Assembly (NCBI GenBank): GCA_963714085.1
Contig: OY970229.1
Span: 832,001-896,000 of the forward strand
Reading direction: 5' to 3'
Length of the DNA: 64,000 nt
From: an uncultured Candidatus Micrarchaeota archaeon
Lineage (GTDB): Archaea; Micrarchaeota; Micrarchaeia; Anstonellales; Bilamarchaeaceae
The first letter of the stretch is position 1; each line of letters begins with the position of its first letter. Below the pieces are notes generated by a model that saw nothing but the letters and a program-made list of their open reading frames with translations, did not search any database and was not told where the DNA came from. Made by a program: the position numbers and the translations under genes. This document shows, piece after piece, positions 44,823-54,708 of the stretch.

Positions 44823-45473
44823 ATGAAATTCTTCCTTGATACAGCCAATGTCGAAGAGATAAAGAAGGCGGTGGAGCTCGGCGTGTGCGACGGGGTCACG
44901 ACCAACCCCACGCTCATCATGAAGTCCGGCAGGGACCAGAAGACCGTGATAAAAGAGATAGCAAAGGTCGTCCACGGCCCCATAAGCGTGGAGGGCATCG
45001 CCGATGACGCAGAGGGCATGGCCAGGGAGGGCGAGGAGTTCGCGAAATGGGCCCCGAACATAGTGGTGAAGGTGCCCATGACCAAAGAGGGGCTCAAGGC
45101 CGTCCGCCTCCTCGAGGCAAAGGGCATAAAGACCAACGTCACGCTCGTGTTCTCCGCGGCCCAGGCGCTCCTGGCGGCCAAGGCCGGCGCGTCCTACGTG
45201 TCACCGTTCGTCGGCAGGCTGGATGACGTTTCCGAGGACGGGATGCGGCTGGTGGAGGAGATAATCTCCATGTACCTGAACTTCAACTTCAAGACCGAGA
45301 TAATAGTCGCATCGATTAGGCACCCGTTGCACGTGACCACCGCGGCAGCCGCCGGCGCGCACATCGCGACCATACCAGCCGAGGTGCTGGAGAAGATGTG
45401 GAAGCACCCGCTCACGGACAAGGGGATCATGCAGTTCAAGGAGGACTACAAGAAGACCGCTGCAAACAAGTGA
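44823..45473 (+). CDS. tal: Transaldolase / fructose-6-phosphate aldolase family
   Basis: [37 protein letters not shown]. Confidence 0.93.
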   Translation: MKFFLDTANVEEIKKAVELGVCDGVTTNPTLIMKSGRDQKTVIKEIAKVVHGPISVEGIADDAEGMAREGEEFAKWAPNIVVKVPMTKEGLKAVRLLEAKGIKTNVTLVFSAAQALLAAKAGASYVSPFVGRLDDVSEDGMRLVEEIISMYLNFNFKTEIIVASIRHPLHVTTAAAAGAHIATIPAEVLEKMWKHPLTDKGIMQFKEDYKKTAANK

Positions 45474-45478
45474 TTGCC

Positions 45479-45877
45479 ATGAAGGAATCCATACCGCTGA
45501 CCTGGCGCAAGATACCCGCACGCTACAGGCTGCTCGGGGTGAAATGCACCACCTGCAACACGTATTATTTCCCGAAGCGCTCGATCTGCCCCAAATGCAG
45601 GCGCAGGGGCAAGATAGAAGAGGTGCGCTATTCGGGCAAGGGCAAGGTGTGCTCGTTCACCGAGATCGCCTCGCCGCCGATCGCCTTCGAGGACCAGGCC
45701 CCCTACGTGCTAGCCATAATAGAGCTGGACGAAGGAGCGAAGATCACGGGCCAGATAGTGGACGCCCGCGCCTCGGACGTCAAGATAGGCTCGCGCGTGG
45801 ACCAGGTGTTCCGCATAATCCAGCGCGACGACCCGGAAGGGCTGATACACTACGGGTTCAAGTTCAAGCTAGTCTGA
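45479..45877 (+). CDS. DUF35 Zn-ribbon/OB-fold protein (thiolase partner)
   Basis: CTTC...FPKR..CPKC, GKGKV.SFT, PYVLAIIEL, IHYGFKF. Confidence 0.9.
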   Translation: MKESIPLTWRKIPARYRLLGVKCTTCNTYYFPKRSICPKCRRRGKIEEVRYSGKGKVCSFTEIASPPIAFEDQAPYVLAIIELDEGAKITGQIVDARASDVKIGSRVDQVFRIIQRDDPEGLIHYGFKFKLV

Positions 45878-46333
45878 TTTCTTCTGTTTCCCGTAGAAGA
45901 ACATGGTCGCGGCCAGGAGCACGAAGCTGGCCGGCGCGTTTATGCAGGGCACCTTGTCCCCGCAGTCCGCCGCCGCCTTAGCCACGCACAAGTCGGCGTC
46001 TTTGAAGCATTGGGTCATGACGCCTCCCTGGCAGTCCTCGGAGTCATTGCCGGAAGCTATTGCCGCCTTGCACGTCTGGAGCGTGTCCGCGCACGTCTGT
46101 ATGCCCGGGCATTTTCCCGCAGCGAACGCAGCCGAGGCGACGGGATACTGCGCGCTGACGCACGCGGTCCCTGACTCCTGGTATTGCTGGGAACACGTCT
46201 GGTTGATCTTCCCCTGCGCGTCGAAGTTGCATAAAGTGCACGCCTGCTGATAAGCAGTAGTCGCGCAGCCTGCGGATGATAGCGAAGCCATCACAATAAG
46301 AGCCAAAACCGCGAATATTATCGTGCGTGCCAT
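45869..46333 (-). CDS. Cys-rich secreted protein with C-terminal hydrophobic/basic tail
   Basis: Signal peptide, about 13 Cys, ends CINAPASFVLLAATMFFYGKQKKSD. Confidence 0.75.
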   Translation of the reverse strand: MARTIIFAVLALIVMASLSSAGCATTAYQQACTLCNFDAQGKINQTCSQQYQESGTACVSAQYPVASAAFAAGKCPGIQTCADTLQTCKAAIASGNDSEDCQGGVMTQCFKDADLCVAKAAADCGDKVPCINAPASFVLLAATMFFYGKQKKSD

Positions 46334-46367
46334 GGCATGGCATTCGAAGACAAGTAATAAAATGGTT

Positions 46368-47666
46368 TCACTGCCGCTTCTGGGCCGGTTTTCTCTGAGC
46401 AGGCGGCGGCATCGCCATAAGCAGGGCGTCCAGCCTTTTCGGGCTATTTGTTACGAATGGGTTCCGGCCAAGTTCATCCAGTGCTGCGCTCGCGGCGTCC
46501 GTCCCCTGCCTCTCGAATTCAGCCAGTTTGCCGATCGCCGTGACGGCTTTCCTGTCATCAGGTCCGGATGCGATGTTTTTCAACGCCGTTATGCGGCACG
46601 GTTCCTGGCACGTGGCGCCGGCATCGCGGGGGACCGCAGTCCTTCCAGCGTCCGGGCTCGCGACAGGTCCAAGAAGCCCGAACAACGAATCCACATCCTC
46701 CTGATTGGATGCGCCTATGATCGCAGCCGCGATCCTCTCAGCTTCCTGGTCTACAACACCTTCGTCAGCCCTGGCTGTTGAAACCGGTGCCGGCGGGTTC
46801 GTTGTATTCAAGGCATTGAAGGGAGTCGCAGCCGCCGGCTTCCTCGGGCTTTTAGCGGCCTTCTGCCTCGGTTTTACATGAAGAACAGTCTCGCGGGCAG
46901 CTGCGCCATCCTGCGGTGCAAGCCCCGCATCACGCTCTTGCGGCGAAGCATCCGGCGCGGCAACAGCTGCGGCCGGTTCCGCGGCTTCGGGTTTCGTGTC
47001 CTTATATTTCGGTCTTGAAAGACCATACACCGTCAACCCTAGCGCCAAAACGACCCCAGCGGCGATCGCAAACCCCTTCCACGCCTTTCTCCCCGCGGTT
47101 TTCTCGGTTGCCGGATCACGCGTTAGGGGCGCTGGTTCCACAATCAGTCCATCAGGCGGCAGGCTCCTCGTGCTCGCCATCGCCTGCACGGCCTGCAGCC
47201 TCTTCATTACCGGTTCCGGCAGCGTGACCGGCGGTTCCAATAATTTTTTTAACGCAGACTTCGCGGTGTCGACATACCAAGGGTTCGTAACGGCCTTCTC
47301 GAGGCCTGTGGTGACATCGTCCGCGAGCTTCCTCCTGAGCGAAGGGATGGACAAAGCCGCTGCTTCCAATAATTCGGCTGCCTGGGGGCTATACTGCATC
47401 TTGCCGTATGTCTGGAAAATGATCCGCACGCCTGCCTCTTCCTTCGAATAATCCATGCCCGGGGTCTTCCTGTCGTTCACCTGCCTGAGTATGGCAAGAA
47501 CTTCAGCAACCGGCTTTTGGCCAATCTCCATACTTCTGAATGCGACGGAGAACTCCGAACTCGCGGCCCGCCTTGCGAATTCCGCTCTTTTGCGCGGGTC
47601 TCTCCTCTGCTCGCGCCCGTCGGGTATGGTGGCGTTGCCAGGACCGCTTCCCTGTGTCTGTGCCAT
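46368..47666 (-). CDS. Hypothetical single-pass membrane protein
   Basis: Central TM AWKGFAIAAGVVLALGLTVYGL; Ala/Pro-rich linker. Confidence 0.7.
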   Translation of the reverse strand: MAQTQGSGPGNATIPDGREQRRDPRKRAEFARRAASSEFSVAFRSMEIGQKPVAEVLAILRQVNDRKTPGMDYSKEEAGVRIIFQTYGKMQYSPQAAELLEAAALSIPSLRRKLADDVTTGLEKAVTNPWYVDTAKSALKKLLEPPVTLPEPVMKRLQAVQAMASTRSLPPDGLIVEPAPLTRDPATEKTAGRKAWKGFAIAAGVVLALGLTVYGLSRPKYKDTKPEAAEPAAAVAAPDASPQERDAGLAPQDGAAARETVLHVKPRQKAAKSPRKPAAATPFNALNTTNPPAPVSTARADEGVVDQEAERIAAAIIGASNQEDVDSLFGLLGPVASPDAGRTAVPRDAGATCQEPCRITALKNIASGPDDRKAVTAIGKLAEFERQGTDAASAALDELGRNPFVTNSPKRLDALLMAMPPPAQRKPAQKRQ

Positions 47667-47671
47667 GGTCG

Positions 47672-49333
47672 CTACTCCCTTGGTCCGGTGCTGGGCGGTT
47701 CGTGGTATGCACGACCTGCTGCGGCCTTAACCTCTGCGTCTGCGTGGTCCTGGGAAATCCCATACAGGACGTCTCCTGCCATCTGCGTAATGGGTTCCGC
47801 GTAGGGGCCATTTTTGACCGCTGCGAGAGTGCCTACGACATCGAGTCCCTCTTTTTGCCCCTTCGAGCCGTAGGTGGCCAGCTGTGCAAACACAGACCCC
47901 TCCCTTAGGTCCCCATACTCCCTGAAATGATCCAGGGCAGCGTCCGTGGTTCCCTTGCTTATCGCCTCAAGGCAGCGCCCCAAGCTCAAAGCCTCGTCGA
48001 TTTCCAATGGCTTGATGCTTCCGGCTTCGGCCGCAGCGAAGTCCGGGAATGCTTGGCTCACCTTGGCGACGACCACCTCGACTCCGCAGTTCTGGTAAAT
48101 CCTGCGCGAAAACTCCAGCGCGGCAACGCAGACTGATGTTGGGCATTCGCTGTCCGCCGCAAGCCTCGCAAGCGTTCCAACCAGTTCCTGCGCCTCTATT
48201 TCGCTTTTCAAGCCGTAGTTCTCCAGGCAACCAAACACCGCCTTCGCGTTCTGGTCCCCGTGCACCTTGAAATATTCCACAGCCGCATCAGGGTTCCGAT
48301 TCTCTATCCCAGCTAAGCAGCTCTCCAAGGGGGTCTTCTGCGCAGTTCCCGGAGCTTGGGTGCTCGTCGCTCCACCGGCGCTTGCGCCACCAGATGCAGG
48401 CCCGGTGCCTCCTCCTGCCGGATCGGGCCCCTTGGTCTCTTCTGGTTCTTCCATGGAAAACACTCCTGCGCCTTTCGGGTCTAGCGCCCTGGCGTACGCC
48501 TCTCCCATGCAATCCCTCATGGTCCGGAGCACGTCGGTTATGGCTTCATCAATCTTGCTGCCGAGCCCGGCAAGCAATCCCTTTTCTGCTTCCATGTCAT
48601 TCACAATCGCGCTGATGCCGGCCTTCGCGCTTGTCAACCGGGGCATTTTATCGCCGCCCTCTATGGAATCGCGGATACCAGCATAGTTCAATCTCGCTTT
48701 CTCCAGCATCGTCGAGGCAAACCCAAGGCGTTGCCTGGCGTGAGCCGCGTACTCGCCGCTTTCTTCGAGCAGGCTGACCGCAACCTTCAACGGCTCCATG
48801 TCCGTATCCAATCCAGATCCCATCGGCGCGTCTGAGGCTTCGTGCACGACAATCGGCTTCAGCGTGAGTTCCGGAACAACGACTTCCGCTTCCGGCTCAT
48901 CGAATCTCAGATCGATGCGGTATGAACCGGCCGGCGCCTTGCGCTTCTGCAATGCATCTCCAAAAACGGTTTCGACCATGCTTATGGAATGCGCCCTCAG
49001 GTCACCCAGCACAGCGTCGCTGCGGTTTTTATATCCTGAAACACGTTCCCTGGCCAGCCGCAGCTCTTTGACATCCCTCTTGATACCCTCTATGCACTCC
49101 TGCAACATGTCTTTAGCTTGTTTGAACCCTCCCAGGCCAGCGATCCTGGTGTTAAGAGTTGCCAGCGTCAGATACGCATTGTCGAAGTTCTGTTCGGCCT
49201 CGTACATGAACGCATGCGAGCTACTGCAATGAATAAGGCCTTCTTTCAGCGTCTTCTTAGTCTGTGCCAGTCTCTGCCCGGCACTTGCGACCGCGTTTTC
49301 TATCGGTGATTCCTTTTTCATCGTTTCAGCCAT
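47672..49333 (-). CDS. Hypothetical coiled-coil protein with duplicated C-terminal helical unit
   Basis: GGAGAGGTG RBS; CL..I....DAA...F...GD.....VF..L..YG.K......VGTLA twice. Confidence 0.7.
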   Translation of the reverse strand: MAETMKKESPIENAVASAGQRLAQTKKTLKEGLIHCSSSHAFMYEAEQNFDNAYLTLATLNTRIAGLGGFKQAKDMLQECIEGIKRDVKELRLARERVSGYKNRSDAVLGDLRAHSISMVETVFGDALQKRKAPAGSYRIDLRFDEPEAEVVVPELTLKPIVVHEASDAPMGSGLDTDMEPLKVAVSLLEESGEYAAHARQRLGFASTMLEKARLNYAGIRDSIEGGDKMPRLTSAKAGISAIVNDMEAEKGLLAGLGSKIDEAITDVLRTMRDCMGEAYARALDPKGAGVFSMEEPEETKGPDPAGGGTGPASGGASAGGATSTQAPGTAQKTPLESCLAGIENRNPDAAVEYFKVHGDQNAKAVFGCLENYGLKSEIEAQELVGTLARLAADSECPTSVCVAALEFSRRIYQNCGVEVVVAKVSQAFPDFAAAEAGSIKPLEIDEALSLGRCLEAISKGTTDAALDHFREYGDLREGSVFAQLATYGSKGQKEGLDVVGTLAAVKNGPYAEPITQMAGDVLYGISQDHADAEVKAAAGRAYHEPPSTGPRE

Positions 49334-49432
49334 ATCTACACCTCTCCATTTTTCATTAAGATAATTTGTCCCGTGCTGTCATATTATGTAAGAAGGGTTT
49401 AAATACCATACGGACGGCAATTCCCACACTCA

Positions 49433-49858
49433 TCAGACGGGCTTCCCGCTGCGCAGCCATGCCGCGGTCCTGGATAGCCGCTGCCCCTTCGCGTCCTCCA
49501 GGGACAGCCACCTGAAGCCCGAGAACTCCGGGGACGGCTTCGCCCTCATGCTTTTGGCCGTCACCTTGAACACCAGGCACGGCACCATGACCCTGCGCTT
49601 CCTTGATCCGGCGTTGTACCTCCCTTCCAGGACTATCTCGTGCACTTCGCCGTCTATGCCCGTCAGCCTGGGGAACGCCTCCTTTATGTCAGCGAACGGG
49701 CTCCTGCCTGATAGGACCAGCACGCAGGGCATCTCCAGCCACTCGGCCCCGTTGTCATCCCTGCGGAACAGGAAAAGCACCCTGCCGTTGTCCTCGAGCA
49801 TCCCGCAGGCGAGCGCCTTCGGAAGCCTCGTCCCGGTCTGGACCCTCCTCCTGCTCAT
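49433..49858 (-). CDS. NUDIX-fold-like protein with degenerate Nudix box
   Basis: GRVLFL.R...WLEMPC...LTGI...EFSGFRWLS; overlaps the neighbouring gene. Confidence 0.6.
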   Translation of the reverse strand: MSRRRVQTGTRLPKALACGMLEDNGRVLFLFRRDDNGAEWLEMPCVLVLSGRSPFADIKEAFPRLTGIDGEVHEIVLEGRYNAGSRKRRVMVPCLVFKVTAKSMRAKPSPEFSGFRWLSLEDAKGQRLSRTAAWLRSGKPV

Positions 49859-50313
49859 CGTCCGAACTCCCCGTCAAGCTCGGCCTGCGCGACGACGTGC
49901 CCGGTCATCGCCTTGTCGAGCTGTTCCGAATCCGCCCCTGGCTCGAGCTTGAGCAGAGTGCCGAGCGCGTAGAGCTTGAACCTGTACGTGTGCGTGTTCC
50001 CCCTCGGCGGGCATGGGGGCGTGTAGCCTATCTCGCCCGCGCTCGTCACGCCCTCGACACCGATTCCCATCGCCCCTTCCTTCATCTCCTTGGTTTTCGG
50101 CGCGATATTCCAGACGAGCCAGTGGATGAACGTGCCCGAGGGCGCATCCGGGTCGTCTACGACAAGCGCAAGGCTCTTCGCACTGGCAGGGACGCCTTTG
50201 ATCTCCAGAGGCGGATTGATTCCGTCGCCGCCGCACGCGTATCTCTCCGGTATCATCTCCCCGTTCCTGAACGCCCGGCTCGAAATCTCCATCCTTACCG
50301 GTTTTTCATTCAT
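49855..50313 (-). CDS. YbhB/YbcL (PEBP) family protein
   Basis: NPPL, DDPDAP, FIHWLVWNI, YTPPCPP, HTYRFKLYAL. Confidence 0.93.
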   Translation of the reverse strand: MNEKPVRMEISSRAFRNGEMIPERYACGGDGINPPLEIKGVPASAKSLALVVDDPDAPSGTFIHWLVWNIAPKTKEMKEGAMGIGVEGVTSAGEIGYTPPCPPRGNTHTYRFKLYALGTLLKLEPGADSEQLDKAMTGHVVAQAELDGEFGR

Positions 50314-51451
50314 AGGTCCTCGCCCACATCTCCTTCGCGAGCTTCCCCTTGTACATGAACGTGTCGACGTCCTTCTCCGCCTTCTTCTTTTTCTCGCGGA
50401 AATCCGATAGGAACGCGTTTATCCTCTCTATGAGGAGCATCTTCATCTCTCCGGTCAGCAGCTTCCCGGAGCGGTAATCGTCGTGGATCCGTTTCAGCTT
50501 CGCGTCGTCCGGCTCGAACATGATGGAGAGCCACTGGTAGGGCACGTCTATGTCCGGGTTTCCGCCCAGCTTCCTGTGCTCCTCCACGGTGGGCTGCCCG
50601 CCAGAGAACGCGTACTTGTTTATCTTGTTCTTCACGGTTTTCTCGTCGTCCGTGAGCAGTACCGCGGTCTCCTGCCCCGCGCTGGAGCTCATCTTGCCGC
50701 TCACGCCCTGGAGCGGCGGCAGGAACTTGGTGTGGATTGCCGCGGTCTTGTAGTAGCCCAGCCCCTCCGCCACGTCCCGCTGCACCCTCCAGTACGGGTC
50801 TTGGTCTATGGCGCAGGGGATCAGGCACCTCTTCTTCTCGAAGAAGGATGGCACGACCTGGTATGCCGGATAGAACGACATGCCGATGTTCGTGGAGTCG
50901 TCGAAGCCGAAGACCGCCTTCACCGTGGAGCCGGTTATCTTTCGTGCGGTCTTCATGAGCAGCGGGTATACGTTCCGCACGTACTCACTGTCCTTGAATA
51001 TGAACGTGCGCTCCGGGTCGAAGCCCACGGCGATGATGTCGGATATGTTGTCCCTGGCGTTCTTCTGCACCTCGCTCCACTCATATTCGCGGCGGTAGAG
51101 GAATTTCTCGTCATCGGTTATCTCGATGTAGAGGTTGCACTTGAACCGCTCCTGGAGCCATTTCGTGAACACCAGCGGGACCAGGTGCCCGATGTGCATG
51201 CTCTTGCTCGGCCCGCGACCCGTATAAAGGAAGAAGCCCTTGCCCTGCTCGTGGTCCTTCAGCACGAGGTCCAGGTCGCGGTGCGAGAACACGAAATCGC
51301 GGCGTAGCATGTGGTGGATCCCGCCATCGTGCTGCAGCCGCTCCTTGAGCTCCGGCGTTATCCTGCTGGTCCCGAACTGCCTGATGAGCTTCTCGTAGTC
51401 TATCGCCCCGGAGACCTCCCACGGGGTCACCCTGAACTTTTCCTCTGCCAT
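50306..51451 (-). CDS. trpS: Tryptophanyl-tRNA synthetase (archaeal type)
   Basis: VTPWEV, YTGRGPS..MHIGH, IDQDPYW, KMSSS. Confidence 0.96.
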   Translation of the reverse strand: MAEEKFRVTPWEVSGAIDYEKLIRQFGTSRITPELKERLQHDGGIHHMLRRDFVFSHRDLDLVLKDHEQGKGFFLYTGRGPSKSMHIGHLVPLVFTKWLQERFKCNLYIEITDDEKFLYRREYEWSEVQKNARDNISDIIAVGFDPERTFIFKDSEYVRNVYPLLMKTARKITGSTVKAVFGFDDSTNIGMSFYPAYQVVPSFFEKKRCLIPCAIDQDPYWRVQRDVAEGLGYYKTAAIHTKFLPPLQGVSGKMSSSAGQETAVLLTDDEKTVKNKINKYAFSGGQPTVEEHRKLGGNPDIDVPYQWLSIMFEPDDAKLKRIHDDYRSGKLLTGEMKMLLIERINAFLSDFREKKKKAEKDVDTFMYKGKLAKEMWARTYE

Positions 51452-51484
51452 GGCAGGAATAACACTGAATGAGATTAAAAAGGT

Positions 51485-51811
51485 TCAGAAAAGCAGGACG
51501 CCGGCCAGGAATGACGCCGCGTTGCACAGGAAGCTGACCCTGAGCGCATCGGACCATCCTATCCCGGGGAACAGCATGCGATAAACCCCTGCCTCGGCAA
51601 GAAAAGCGAAAATCTCCGCGAGCGCGGTCTGCAATGCCCAGGACCCGAGACCCAGGGCTGGAAACAGGAACCAAACGAACGGAAGCGTGAGCGTGTTCGC
51701 TATCAGCGAGTTGCGGACAATGAGCGAGATTCCGTATCTTCTCCTCAGCAGGATGAAAAGCAAGGCTGTCTCTATGGATATGGTAAGGCACCATGCGGGC
51801 AGGAAATCCAT
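51485..51811 (-). CDS. Small multi-pass membrane protein
   Basis: LTISIE, ANTLTLP, AE.FAFLAE, NAASF in hydrophobic helices; ATG 51811 abuts the upstream stop. Confidence 0.75.
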   Translation of the reverse strand: MDFLPAWCLTISIETALLFILLRRRYGISLIVRNSLIANTLTLPFVWFLFPALGLGSWALQTALAEIFAFLAEAGVYRMLFPGIGWSDALRVSFLCNAASFLAGVLLF

Positions 51812-51812
51812 C

Positions 51813-52286
51813 CTACTTCCTCGTTGCGATGACGGAAAATGCGAGCACTGGCAGGAGGAAAGCCGGCAGGCATCCCGGTCCAGGCGGATTGTGCTGGTCC
51901 TGCATGTTCCCGGTCTCCACATCCACCGTTATGGAATGGGTTCCGGTGTCGGTCAAATCCACAGTACCCGTCTCCATCATCCTGCCTTCGTATTCATATG
52001 AGAAAAAGCCGCTGGACAGGTAGCACGGATTGAACTTGTAGAACCAGTTGCTGTTATCGCACACTCCGGCTGTGCATGAGAGGTTAATCAGTTTCTGGGT
52101 CACGGAGCCATTGTCCGTGCTGTTGCTTCCGTCGCAATGGTAGGTTATCGAATCCATGGATGTGTACGGGGCTCCGTTCTTCTGCATGTAAACGAGCACC
52201 GTCGCATGGCTTGGCGGCGGGCCGACGTCAGCGAACGCGAGTGAAACGAACAGGATGCAAACCAGCAAAAAACATGCCTGCCTCAT
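51813..52286 (-). CDS. Secreted protein with C-terminal Cys-x-PAF/hydrophobic/basic tail
   Basis: Signal peptide ...SLAFA-DVGPPP; ends GCLPAFLLPVLAFSVIATRK. Confidence 0.75.
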   Translation of the reverse strand: MRQACFLLVCILFVSLAFADVGPPPSHATVLVYMQKNGAPYTSMDSITYHCDGSNSTDNGSVTQKLINLSCTAGVCDNSNWFYKFNPCYLSSGFFSYEYEGRMMETGTVDLTDTGTHSITVDVETGNMQDQHNPPGPGCLPAFLLPVLAFSVIATRK

Positions 52287-52295
52287 AGTCGCGCC

Positions 52296-52418
52296 TCATG
52301 AATCCGTGCAGTCCCTCTTATGGCCGCATCTCGGGCAGCTGACGCTGCAGACGTTCTTCGGCAGCTCTTCGCCGCAATTCTCGCAAAGCGCCTTGTCAGC
52401 GCAACAGCCCGATGCCAT
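52296..52418 (-). CDS. 40-aa zinc-finger microprotein (CPxCG-like; not in ORF track)
   Basis: MASGCCADKALCENCGEELPKNVCSVSCPRCGHKRDCTDS*; fills the gap in a co-directional run. Confidence 0.7.
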   Translation of the reverse strand: MASGCCADKALCENCGEELPKNVCSVSCPRCGHKRDCTDS

Positions 52419-52435
52419 AATCATCAACTAGTATA

Positions 52436-53323
52436 TTAGCGCTTGAAAATATATAAAGCCAGCCGCTTGCTCACCGTGATCGATAGGGCTATGCCCGCGG
52501 CGAGTATCGCGCACGAGACGACGAGGCCCTGCCCGAGTATCTTCCATTCGCCCAGGACCGTCTTCATCACGGACTCGTGGAACAGGAATATCTCGAACGT
52601 GTTCGCGGCGATGACGACTAGGACGTTCGGCAGCGAAACGATGTCGGCGCCCAGTTTCTCGATAAGAATGAATGCCACGAACGGGAGCACCATCACCGGG
52701 TTGATGAGCGCCGGCAACAGCGTGGCGCAGAGCACCAGCGGCCTTTTTTCGCCCTGGGCGAGCGCGATGCCGAAGCAGAATTCCCCGAGGAAGAATACCG
52801 GCGAGAAGTCGACCCACCCCGGATAGAGCACGTACCTGTTCGCGATCGTCAGGATGAACGCGAGGAGCAGGAACCAGGGGCTCTTCCTGATGAACCGGTT
52901 CAGGATGGGGAACAGGATGTATAGCCCCATCAAGGGCACGAGGAACCAGGCCGGGCTTATTATGGAATACGAGAGACTAGGCACCATCCAGTTCAGGAAA
53001 AGGAAATGCAGGACCAGGTCCTTCACCCTGCTGTAGATGTCCTCGCTCACGAATAATAGCGATACGCAGATAAGCGCCGGATAGTAAAGCGTCGCAATCC
53101 GCAGCCATCTCTTCTTCAGCCAGTTGAGGTCGAAGCTGATCAGCTCCTTGTACTTCATGGCGAGCATGTAGCCGCTCGCTATGAAGAAAAGCGAGACCCC
53201 AAAGAACCCGATAACACGTAGGTCGTTGTTCAGGGTGAACTCATAGGCCACGTGGAAGCCGACGATAAGGATTATAGCAATTATCCTCGCGATATCCACC
53301 CATGCGATGCGCCCTTCCGCCAT
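52436..53323 (-). CDS. Acyltransferase-3 (OafA/YrhL-like) membrane O-acyltransferase
   Basis: RIAWVDIARIIAI...H, GVSLFFIASGY, KRWLRI, WFL, FEIFLFH. Confidence 0.88.
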   Translation of the reverse strand: MAEGRIAWVDIARIIAIILIVGFHVAYEFTLNNDLRVIGFFGVSLFFIASGYMLAMKYKELISFDLNWLKKRWLRIATLYYPALICVSLLFVSEDIYSRVKDLVLHFLFLNWMVPSLSYSIISPAWFLVPLMGLYILFPILNRFIRKSPWFLLLAFILTIANRYVLYPGWVDFSPVFFLGEFCFGIALAQGEKRPLVLCATLLPALINPVMVLPFVAFILIEKLGADIVSLPNVLVVIAANTFEIFLFHESVMKTVLGEWKILGQGLVVSCAILAAGIALSITVSKRLALYIFKR

Positions 53324-53416
53324 GCGGTGGAAATGGCAGCAAGGCAATAAAAAGACAGGCACAGACCCAAAATCAGATCCATACGCTAATAAAAAATATG
53401 AAAAAAAGAGACACGC

Positions 53417-54385
53417 TCAGTCGCATATCCCTTCCTTCCTGACCCTGAACACGCATTCGCCCTCGGGCAGGTTCGGCGAGTCCACGAGCCGTGCGATGCG
53501 CTTGTCATCCTTCGACTTGCGCAGATAGACTCTGTACGTCGAGGAATGGGCCACTACGTTCCCACCGATTGGTTTGGTCGGGTCCCCGAACAGCATGCCA
53601 GGATCATCCATCACCTGGTTCGTCAGGTAGACCGCGATGTTGTAGCTGTCCGCCAGCCTCTGCAGGGTGTGCACATGCTTGTTCAGCTTCTGCTGCCTCT
53701 CGCCTAGCGCGCCTCTCCCCAAATAATCCGAGCGGAAGTGCGATGTGAGCGAGTCCACCACAATGAGCCCGATGTTCTTCTCCTTTATCAGGTCCTCGCA
53801 TTTCTCTATCAGAATTATCTGGTGGTCGGAGTTCTCCGCCCTTGCGACGTGGATGTTCTTCAGCACCTCCAACGCATCCATGCCCTGGGCCTCGGCCAGC
53901 TGCGCGATGCGGTCCGGCCTGAAGGTGTGCTCAGTGTCCACGAAGATGACTCCCTTCCCGAGCCCGCCCTGTTCCACAGGCTTCTGGACGTTCACGCAGA
54001 GCTGGAACCCCAGTTGGCTTTTTCCGGAACTGAACCTCGCGTATGCTTCGGTGATGGCCTGCGTCTCCACTCCACCGCCCAGTAGCTCGTCTAAAGCTTT
54101 GGAGCTCGTTGCGATTCTGCCAATCACTTTCCTGCGCTCTAAGACCATGTCGCCGCTCTCGAACCCGATTTCCACCATGGATTTGGCGGCCTCGATTGCT
54201 TTTTTCGAGGCTTCCACGCCTATCCCGCTTATCTCGGAGAGGTCCTGCGGAGACATCGTCGCCAGCTTCGGGAACTCGCTGTAACCCGCGGCCCTTATCT
54301 TCTCCGCTGACACCTCGCCTATCCCGGGAAGGTCCTCGAGGTCCTTGTAGAATTTCTTCTTTTTGTCGTTTTTATCTTCCGTCAT
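53417..54385 (-). CDS. radA: DNA repair and recombination protein RadA
   Basis: [54 protein letters not shown]. Confidence 0.96.
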   Translation of the reverse strand: MTEDKNDKKKKFYKDLEDLPGIGEVSAEKIRAAGYSEFPKLATMSPQDLSEISGIGVEASKKAIEAAKSMVEIGFESGDMVLERRKVIGRIATSSKALDELLGGGVETQAITEAYARFSSGKSQLGFQLCVNVQKPVEQGGLGKGVIFVDTEHTFRPDRIAQLAEAQGMDALEVLKNIHVARAENSDHQIILIEKCEDLIKEKNIGLIVVDSLTSHFRSDYLGRGALGERQQKLNKHVHTLQRLADSYNIAVYLTNQVMDDPGMLFGDPTKPIGGNVVAHSSTYRVYLRKSKDDKRIARLVDSPNLPEGECVFRVRKEGICD

Positions 54386-54390
54386 ATCAA

Positions 54391-54708
54391 TCACTGTTCG
54401 GTCTGCTTGGTCTCGAACTTGCTCGCGTTCGGGAACACAAGGAGCTTGAGCTGCCCTATCTTGAGCGTGTAGAATTCGTTGCCCTGCTTGGAGACATTCT
54501 TCCACATGCCGCCCACATTCACATATACTGATTTTCCGTCCTTGTCGCGGTCGGTCTGCACCACGCGGAAATCCGGCCTGTTGCCGCTTGAAGCCGGGCC
54601 GCCCACGTTCGGCTTGGAGCCCGTGCTCACGGGCGCGGTCTCGGTTTTCTCATCCCCCGTAATCTCCTCGAATCCCTCATCGCCTAAATTCACTTCAGTT
54701 TCTTTCAT
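54391..54708 (-). CDS. DUF736-like small protein, co-oriented with radA
   Basis: RPDFRV...[20 protein letters not shown]; acidic N-terminus; 5 nt from the radA start. Confidence 0.65.
   Translation of the reverse strand: MKETEVNLGDEGFEEITGDEKTETAPVSTGSKPNVGGPASSGNRPDFRVVQTDRDKDGKSVYVNVGGMWKNVSKQGNEFYTLKIGQLKLLVFPNASKFETKQTEQ

Noticed and set aside
53585..53595. 11-nt match (CCCGAACAGCA) between the predicted TnpB guide and the radA coding sequence
   Set aside because: It covers guide positions 4-14 only, the three TAM-proximal bases mismatch, and an 11-mer match is plausible by chance in this window.
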